Shown: positions 44,383 through 50,440 of the stretch, piece after piece
Layout: every line of letters begins with the position of its first letter
How positions within the stretch are numbered: the stretch's first letter is position 1
Assembly (NCBI GenBank): GCA_047639415.1
Contig: JBLINP010000001.1
Span: 1 to 50,440 of the forward strand
DNA: 50,440 nt
Reading direction: 5' to 3'
DNA from: Planctomycetota bacterium
GTDB taxonomy: Bacteria > Planctomycetota > UBA1135 > GCA-002686595
Notes under the pieces: model-generated
Told to the model about the DNA's origin: nothing
What the model saw: only the letters and a program-made list of their open reading frames with translations
Databases searched by the model: none
Made by a program: the position numbers and the translations under genes

Positions 44383-45846
44383 TCAGCGCTTTTTCTTTTT
44401 GGTCGCCTTCTTAGCGGGCGTTGGCTTTTTGGCGCTCTTCTTAGCTGCAGGCTTCGAGGTCGACTTCTTACTCGAGGTCTTCTTCTTAGCAGCAGGCTTT
44501 TTGGCCGTCGATTTCTTAGCAGCAGCCTTTTTAGTTGCAGTCGCCTTAGCGGGTGCTTTTTTAGGAGCAGGCTTCTTACTGCCTTTCTTCGCAGCGGAGG
44601 GCTTCGCCTTCGCTGCTTTACTAGCCGTCGCCTTCTTAGCGGGCTTATTTTTAAGCGCTGCTGCTTTTTCAGCGGCCTTCTTCTTAGCTGCGACGGCAGC
44701 CTCAGTCGCCTTCTTCTTTGCGGCAGCAGCTTTCTCTTTCGCAGCCGCCTTCTTCGCGAGTTCAGCAGCCTTAGCGTCCGCCTTCTTCTTCGCAGCAGCA
44801 GCCTTATCGTCAGCGGCCTTCTTCTTGGCAGCGGCAGCTTTATCAGCGACCGCTTTCTTCTTGTCCGCAGCGATCTTGGCGAGCTCGGCCTTCTTCTCAG
44901 CAACCACAGCTTTCGCGTCAGCTGCCTTTTGCTTAATCGCAGCTTTAGCGTCGGCCTTCTTTTTCTTCTCGGCTTCTTTCTTAGCGAGAATTTTAGCCTT
45001 GCGTCGAGTTTCAGCCTGACGGAGACGTTCTGCCTTCTCCATTTCCAGTTTCATCTTCTTGGAAAGACGCTCAGTCTCGCGCTTGCGGCGCATATCTTCC
45101 TTCTTGGCCAACGCAGCATCGCGTTCCAGCTCGCGTTCGCGCTGCTGCGCAAGACGTTCTTGCTGGGCCGTCCAGTCCTTGAAGACCTTCGCACCGTGGG
45201 GGCATTCTTTGACCAACGGGCATTCCCAGCAGGTGGGCTTCGTACGGGCACACCACTGTTCAGCAATCAGTCCAAAGGTGGTCGTAAACTCAAGCGTTTT
45301 GCCTTTGGGCACCAAAGGCAAAATCGTTGCGCGACCCTTTTTGAGCGAAGTCGTCTTGCCGATCAATCCAAGTCGATCAAAAACCCGAATGAGGTCGAGC
45401 GTCATCGGCAGTTCTTGTTCTTTAGCGATCCAGAGCAAGTAATGCCCGGCGGATGAGCCTAGGAAGAGCAACTCTGCAATGAACTTGCCTGCACCCGCTT
45501 CGTCGTCGCGCAGGTACTCCAGGTCAAAGCCGTGGTTCTGCTGGAAGATCTCCTGCAGATAGGTCTTGATATCACGCGCCACAATCAGGGATGCACCGTT
45601 CTTCGCCCTCGAAGCAATGTGCGGCACAATCTCTTGAGCCTGTGCGATGCGAACCTCGTTCCAGTCGAAGAATCCCGACTGAAGGTTCTTAATCGTCGTC
45701 TCAGACTGATTGGCCGTCAAATGACGGGTAAGCACACACAGAAGTCCCTGCGCTAACAGGGTGCCTTCTTTGATTGGTGTGGGTGGAGTCCATTCGGACT
45801 TAACCTGCCCCATCAGGGCCGTAGCGCGATCGGCTTTACCTGACAC
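44383..45846 (-). CDS. Endonuclease-III-like HhH/[4Fe-4S] domain protein fused to a long coiled-coil and Lys/Ala-rich histone-H1-like tail
   Basis: The N-terminal ~225 aa align by eye to Nth/MutY. LDLIRVFDRLGL corresponds to VDTHIFRV. The Fe-S loop CARTKPTCWECPLVKEC has exact C-x6-C-x2-C-x5-C spacing. The C-terminal ~260 aa consist of an E/R/K coiled-coil followed by AAKKKA/KKPA repeats. Confidence 0.7.
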   Translation of the reverse strand: MSGKADRATALMGQVKSEWTPPTPIKEGTLLAQGLLCVLTRHLTANQSETTIKNLQSGFFDWNEVRIAQAQEIVPHIASRAKNGASLIVARDIKTYLQEIFQQNHGFDLEYLRDDEAGAGKFIAELLFLGSSAGHYLLWIAKEQELPMTLDLIRVFDRLGLIGKTTSLKKGRATILPLVPKGKTLEFTTTFGLIAEQWCARTKPTCWECPLVKECPHGAKVFKDWTAQQERLAQQRERELERDAALAKKEDMRRKRETERLSKKMKLEMEKAERLRQAETRRKAKILAKKEAEKKKKADAKAAIKQKAADAKAVVAEKKAELAKIAADKKKAVADKAAAAKKKAADDKAAAAKKKADAKAAELAKKAAAKEKAAAAKKKATEAAVAAKKKAAEKAAALKNKPAKKATASKAAKAKPSAAKKGSKKPAPKKAPAKATATKKAAAKKSTAKKPAAKKKTSSKKSTSKPAAKKSAKKPTPAKKATKKKKR

Positions 45847-45852
45847 TCTGGC

Positions 45853-46278
45853 TTACTCTTCTGAAGTTTCGGCGGCAGCGGCCTTAGCGGCGGCTTTGTC
45901 TGCAATGCGTTGATTGCGTCGAGTTTCCTTCGCAACCAAACCGGCGGCTTTTGCCTGGCGCTTGGTCGTGCGAGTCGCTGTCTTCTTCTTGCGACCACTG
46001 CGGTCACGCTTCGTCGGAGCGGCTTCGCCCTCGAAAAGGCCTTGGCCTTTGAACACGGTGCGAACGGTGCGGCTCGGAAGAGCGCCCATTGCGAGCCAGT
46101 GCTTGGCACGCTCGACGTTCAACGAGACGCGCGTGTTTTCGAGGGGCGAAAGCGGGTCGTACACACCAAGGTTCTCAATCGTGCGGCCGTCGCGCGGCTT
46201 GCGACTATCCGCAACGGAAATTCGGTAACAGGGGTGATGCTTACGCCCGGTGCGCTTCATGCGAATGATGACGGCCAT
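45853..46278 (-). CDS. rpsP: 30S ribosomal protein S16 with a basic/Ala-rich C-terminal extension
   Basis: MAVIIRMKRTGRKHHPCYRISVADSRKPRDGRTIENLGVYDP is followed by a ~55-aa K/R/A-rich extension. Confidence 0.95.
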   Translation of the reverse strand: MAVIIRMKRTGRKHHPCYRISVADSRKPRDGRTIENLGVYDPLSPLENTRVSLNVERAKHWLAMGALPSRTVRTVFKGQGLFEGEAAPTKRDRSGRKKKTATRTTKRQAKAAGLVAKETRRNQRIADKAAAKAAAAETSEE

Positions 46279-46598
46279 GACTAGTTCTCTTTGGTGTTGT
46301 TTGGTTTCTGACTTCGGCTATGTGAATGCCCCGCGGTTGGCGGCCAGATCAAAAACGCATGAAGAGCACAAATCGAGATGTGAATCTCATCTTGTCTTCT
46401 CGCAAGTCCATATTCTGGGCCTGCATTTGCGAATGACCGGAGCCGGCGTATACCGCTCACAAAGAGCTGAGTGCCGAGTTTCGAGCCGAAGAGTCTAGGG
46501 TTCGTCCAAGCTTTTTCCGAACCTCTTCTCCTAAAACTTGGGATCCCCTATCCCTTACCCGATGGCGGAGTCCCCATGAACTCCATCAATTCAAGGGG

Positions 46599-48230
46599 CT
46601 ACTTCTTGCGCCCCTTGCGCTTGTTCTTCTTCTGCTTGCGCTTCGATCCGCTCTTGCGAGTAGCCGAAGAGCCCATCGGCTTGGGCCCGCTGCCACCCAT
46701 CATGCTGGCGATATCGGGCATGCCCGCTCCTCCAGCTCCGCCGAATCCACCAAGGCCGCTCATGTCGGGCGTACTGCCGCCCAACCCAGCCAATCCGCCA
46801 AGTCCTTTGGCCATACCGCCGAGTCCCTTGGCCATATCGCCAAGTCCACCGAGCATGCCGCCGCCCAGATCGCTGGCAGCCAGATTCCCGTCGGGTGAAA
46901 GTCCCGCCAAAGCCTGCTTCTTGGCCTTTCCGCCCAATTTGCCGCCCATGCCCATCTTCTTCATCATCTGCCCCATGCCCTTGTGCATTTTGAGCAGCTG
47001 ATTCACGGCACCCACTTCTTGACCGGCACCGCGAGCCACCCGCCGACGTCGGCTCATATCCAAAAGTGAAGGCAGGAGGCGTTCGCGCGGAGTCATCGAC
47101 AAGAACAGCGCTTCCAACCTTTGCATGTGGTTGTCGTCGAAATCGAGCTTGTCCATCATCCCGCCCATACCGGGCATCATGCCCAGCACTTTCTTCATCG
47201 GACCCAGCTTCTGGATCATCCGAATCTGGCCGAGCAGGTCTTCCAGGGTGAAGGAGCCCATCACCATCTTTTCGAAGGAGGCCTGCGCCTCCGTCTCGTC
47301 GATGCTTTCTTGTGCTTTCTCGACGAGCCCAACGACATCGCCCATGCCGAGGATGCGACCGGCCATGCGTTCGGGGCTGAACGTATCGAGGTCTTCAAGT
47401 TTCTCGCCGGTTCCGATGAAGACGATCGGGCGCCCCGTGACGGCTTTGAGGCTGACGGCTGCACCGCCGCGAGCGTCGCCATCGAGCTTGGTGAGCACGA
47501 CCCCCGTGAGATCGAGTTGTTCGTGGAAGGCTTGCGCGGAGCGGACGGCGTCTTGGCCGGTCATCGAATCCGCCACGAGAAGCTGGTTGCGAGGCGAGGT
47601 GCGTTTGACGATGCGACCCAACTCGTCCATCAACTCGGAGTCGATGTGCAAACGGCCAGCCGTGTCCAAAATCACCGTGTCATAACCCTGGAGCTTCGCA
47701 CTCTCGACGCCACGCGCGCAAACCTCGTCCGGCGCGATGCCCTCTTGATGGAAGACCGGAATGTCGAGTTGCTTGCCAAGCACTTTTAGCTGTTCGACGG
47801 CCGCCGGTCGTTTGACGTCGGCTGCGACGAGTAAGGGCTTGCGATTGCGCTTGTCGCGCAAGAATCGGGCGAGCTTGGCGCTCGTTGTCGTCTTACCGGC
47901 ACCCTGAAGACCTGCCATCAAGATCACGACGGGCGCTGTACCGCTTAGGTCGAGTTCGGCGTCCTCGGGCCCCATCAAATCCACGAGCGCCAGGTGTACG
48001 GCGTGAATGAAACGCTGGGAAGCGTCCATGCCCTTCCCGACTTCTTCTCCTAAAACGGAATCGCGCACTCGCCCGATCAGGTCGGTGGCGACCTTGAAGT
48101 GGACGTCGGCCTCGAGCAGCGCTTGGCGGACGGCCTCAAGACCTTCCTCGACGTTCTTCTCGGTGATCGAGCGCTCTCCACGCAGACTTTGAACGGCGGA
48201 AGAGAGTCGTTTTGTGAGGGATTCAAACAT
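46599..48230 (-). CDS. ffh: Signal recognition particle protein Ffh with an extended Gly/Met-rich and basic C-terminus
   Basis: MFESLTKRLSSAV, GLQGAGKTTTSAKLA, ILDTAGRLH and TKLDGDARGGAA are present. The M domain is followed by GLGGMAKGLGG repeats and KRKQKKNKRKGRKK. The start was taken at M17 of the track ORF. Confidence 0.95.
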   Translation of the reverse strand: MFESLTKRLSSAVQSLRGERSITEKNVEEGLEAVRQALLEADVHFKVATDLIGRVRDSVLGEEVGKGMDASQRFIHAVHLALVDLMGPEDAELDLSGTAPVVILMAGLQGAGKTTTSAKLARFLRDKRNRKPLLVAADVKRPAAVEQLKVLGKQLDIPVFHQEGIAPDEVCARGVESAKLQGYDTVILDTAGRLHIDSELMDELGRIVKRTSPRNQLLVADSMTGQDAVRSAQAFHEQLDLTGVVLTKLDGDARGGAAVSLKAVTGRPIVFIGTGEKLEDLDTFSPERMAGRILGMGDVVGLVEKAQESIDETEAQASFEKMVMGSFTLEDLLGQIRMIQKLGPMKKVLGMMPGMGGMMDKLDFDDNHMQRLEALFLSMTPRERLLPSLLDMSRRRRVARGAGQEVGAVNQLLKMHKGMGQMMKKMGMGGKLGGKAKKQALAGLSPDGNLAASDLGGGMLGGLGDMAKGLGGMAKGLGGLAGLGGSTPDMSGLGGFGGAGGAGMPDIASMMGGSGPKPMGSSATRKSGSKRKQKKNKRKGRKK

Positions 48231-48367
48231 GGCGTCGAAATTTATAGACAGGGATGCGGCTCGTGTCAGCCAAGACACGCCACGTTTCTCATCATTTGAG
48301 GGAAGCTAATCGAATCGGAGACGTCCAATCGCGCCTTCCAAGAGAACACGCCCAGGAGGCACCCCCC

Positions 48368-48430
48368 ATGATTCGTAAACTTCTATTGATGATCGCCGTT
48401 GCCGGCGTGCTCATCACGATACTCAAGTAA
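48368..48430 (+). CDS. Candidate 20-aa hydrophobic micro-ORF (MIRKLLLMIAVAGVLITILK)
   Basis: AGGAGG at 48354..48359 lies 8 nt upstream of ATG 48368, and the TAA stop is at 48428..48430. The peptide has a single predicted TM-like segment flanked by basic residues. It lies antisense in the murA-ffh intergenic region. Too short for the ORF track; expression is unproven. Confidence 0.3.
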   Translation: MIRKLLLMIAVAGVLITILK

Positions 48431-48436
48431 AAGCGT

Positions 48437-49717
48437 TCAATCAGAAACGCGCTGAATATTTGCGCCCAACCCGCCCAGTTTGGTTTCGATTTCCTGATAA
48501 CCGCGGTCGATGTGGTACACGCGGTGAATTTCGGTTTCGCCTGTGGAAACCAATCCCGCGAGGACCAGGGCCGCCGAGGCGCGCAGATCTGAGGCCGTGA
48601 CCGGGGCTGAAGAGAGACGGTCGACGCCCTCGACGATGGCGGTGCCACCCTGTCGACGAATGCGTGCGCCCATGCGAGCCAATTCCGCCAAGTGCATGTA
48701 GCGATCGGGATAAATGCGTTCTGTAATGATGCTCACGCCGTCCGCCAAGCACATCAGCGCCATCCACTGCGCCTGCAAGTCGGTTGGGAAGCCAGGATAG
48801 GGCTGCGTCGTGACGTCCGTCGGACGTGGACGGTGACCGAGGCCGCAGGATTGGGTTTCGATCCAATCGACGCCGTGCTCGAAGGGCATACCGGCTTGCC
48901 ACATACGATCGAAGAGCGCGGCCAGGTGATCCGGACGGCAGCCCTCGACACGCACGCGCGAGCCGGTCATGGCTCCGGCGATCATGAAAGTCCCCGCTTC
49001 GATTCGATCGGGTACAACGCGGTGTTCCGCACCTTTTAGGCTCTCCACTCCGTCGATTTCGAGGACCGGGGACCCCAAGCCTTGGATTTGAGCGCCCATT
49101 TTGATCAGGCATTCACCGAGGTCCACCACTTCAGGCTCGCAGGCCGCACTTTGAATGATCGTGCGTCCCGTGGCTGTCGCAGCAGCCATCATGATGTTCA
49201 TGGTGCCGGTGACGGAGGAACCGAACGGGGTTCCAAGAAACACTTCGCCCCCGCGGAGACCAGCTTTGGGGGACTCGGCGACGATGAAGCCGTGGTCGAT
49301 GCGAATAGTCGCTCCCAGGGCTTCGAGCCCCTTGAGGTGGACGTCGATCGGGCGAACGCCGAAGACACAACCACCGGGCAGGCTGACTTCCGCTCGCCCT
49401 GTGCGCGCCAAAAGCGGACCCAGGACGCACACCGAACCCCGCATTTTCCGAACGTATTCCCAACCAGCGACATTTCCGGGCTCTTCTGCGCTTTGAACTC
49501 GGATTGAACCGTCTTCCGCGATCGAGGAGTCCGAGCCCAAGCTGCCCAGAACCTCCAACATGGTGCGGACATCCGAAAGGTTGGGAGCTCCCGGAATGAG
49601 GAGCGGCTCACTGGTCAAAAGCGAGGCGGCGAGAACGGGTAGAACGGCGTTTTTAGCACCCGAGGTAGTGACGCGACCGTCTAACGGGCGTCCACCGTCA
49701 ATGAGAAACCGATCCAT
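48437..49717 (-). CDS. murA: UDP-N-acetylglucosamine 1-carboxyvinyltransferase
   Basis: MDRFLIDGGRPLDGRVTTSGAKNAVLPVLAASLL is the N-terminus, and the active-site Cys lies in LPGGCVFGVRPID. 426 aa. A GGGAGGG Shine-Dalgarno-like site lies upstream. Confidence 0.95.
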   Translation of the reverse strand: MDRFLIDGGRPLDGRVTTSGAKNAVLPVLAASLLTSEPLLIPGAPNLSDVRTMLEVLGSLGSDSSIAEDGSIRVQSAEEPGNVAGWEYVRKMRGSVCVLGPLLARTGRAEVSLPGGCVFGVRPIDVHLKGLEALGATIRIDHGFIVAESPKAGLRGGEVFLGTPFGSSVTGTMNIMMAAATATGRTIIQSAACEPEVVDLGECLIKMGAQIQGLGSPVLEIDGVESLKGAEHRVVPDRIEAGTFMIAGAMTGSRVRVEGCRPDHLAALFDRMWQAGMPFEHGVDWIETQSCGLGHRPRPTDVTTQPYPGFPTDLQAQWMALMCLADGVSIITERIYPDRYMHLAELARMGARIRRQGGTAIVEGVDRLSSAPVTASDLRASAALVLAGLVSTGETEIHRVYHIDRGYQEIETKLGGLGANIQRVSD

Positions 49718-50056
49718 GGAACCCTCCCGAGGGCCGCTAAGCGAAATGAATGTTGAAGAGCTCGATGCTGTTGATGGCTGGAGACCTCAGGGGAATCCGC
49801 CGCTCAGCTCCCAAGGTAGCGATTCCGCCCGGCGGTCCAAGTACCTGCTACCACGGAGCAGCAATTGGCTGGCCCGTCGGGATGATTTATTCTGCATTCT
49901 TTTGGCCCAGGATGAGATCTTGCGGCCCCAGGCATTTGACCAGGATTTTATCCGTTTCTATGATCTTCGCCCTTCTCGACGGTTGAGACCCAACGAGCAC
50001 TCGCTCGCTGGTCGTCGTTTTCGTTTCCGTCTAGAGAAGAGATCGCCCTTATTAGG

Positions 50057-50440
50057 ACCAAACCCGATGTCGGATACGAACGAGAATTTCCCGGACCCCG
50101 AAACTGCAACCACTCCCGCTGTGCCCCCTGCACCGCAACCAAGTGGAGAGGCTTCGGAAAACGCGCCCGCTGAAGCGGCGCCGACTACAACTATGCCTGA
50201 AAGTAGCACGCAAGAATCGGCAGAATTTGCACCGATGCCTACGGAGTCTGTACCGATCGAATCGGCGCCTACCGAATCGGCAACGACCGAACCCGCGATT
50301 GCCGAACCCGGCACCGCTGCGGCAGAGTCAGACGTCGAAGCGCCGGCGATGATGGATTCATTCTCACCGGAAGATCTCGACTCCTACTCTTCAGAGGATC
50401 TCGACGACGACGATGATGATGATGAAGATGGAGATGGAGA
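50057..50440 (+). CDS. 5' part of an ORF encoding an acidic, Pro/Ala/Thr/Glu-rich low-complexity N-terminus (runs off the window end)
   Basis: Hand translation from ATG 50057 gives MSDTNENFPDPETATTPAVPPAPQPSGEASENAPAEAAP...EDLDSYSSEDLDDDDDDDEDGDG with no stop before the window end. The low complexity makes coding status and function uncertain. Confidence 0.35.

Overview
This looks like a chromosomal segment from a moderately GC-rich bacterium. The gene content suggests the PVC group or Planctomycetota: a sigma-54 activator, sulfatase-like enzymes, a giant TPR protein and Lys/Ala-rich tails on nucleic-acid-binding proteins. That placement is inference only. The window is mostly housekeeping. 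The minus strand carries murA, ffh, rpsP, an EndoIII-like protein, maf, rpmE, prfA, a membrane protein, prmC, ssb, a MoaD-MoaE fusion, ETF-QO, pepA and citrate synthase. It also holds asd, ggt, a THUMP RNA methyltransferase and divergent tRNA-Cys and tRNA-Leu genes. Accessory content includes:
- a FemAB-like/GT2/GT2 envelope-glycan operon
- a sigma-54 activator next to a 1487-aa TPR protein
- a desaturase plus methyltransferase pair converging on a membrane-embedded spermidine-synthase-like protein
- a soluble triple-PAS chemoreceptor
- two PilZ-type proteins
- a radical SAM/SPASM enzyme

I found no CRISPR array, no rRNA, no intact transposase and no recognisable defence or toxin system. The features the gene list does not explain are:
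- a 202-bp TA-flanked nested-palindrome element present twice (3 differences), MITE-like
- a 25-nt perfect palindrome plus a 13-bp x4 tandem repeat at a convergent gene junction
- a decayed single-ORF IS66-family remnant beside tRNA-Cys
- a duplicated 46-bp terminator module
- a 20-codon hydrophobic ORF with a strong Shine-Dalgarno site lying antisense between murA and ffh
- an endonuclease-III-like Fe-S domain fused to a long histone-H1-like tail inside the ffh-rpsP operon

All functional calls rest on motifs read by eye from the translations. No database search was run.
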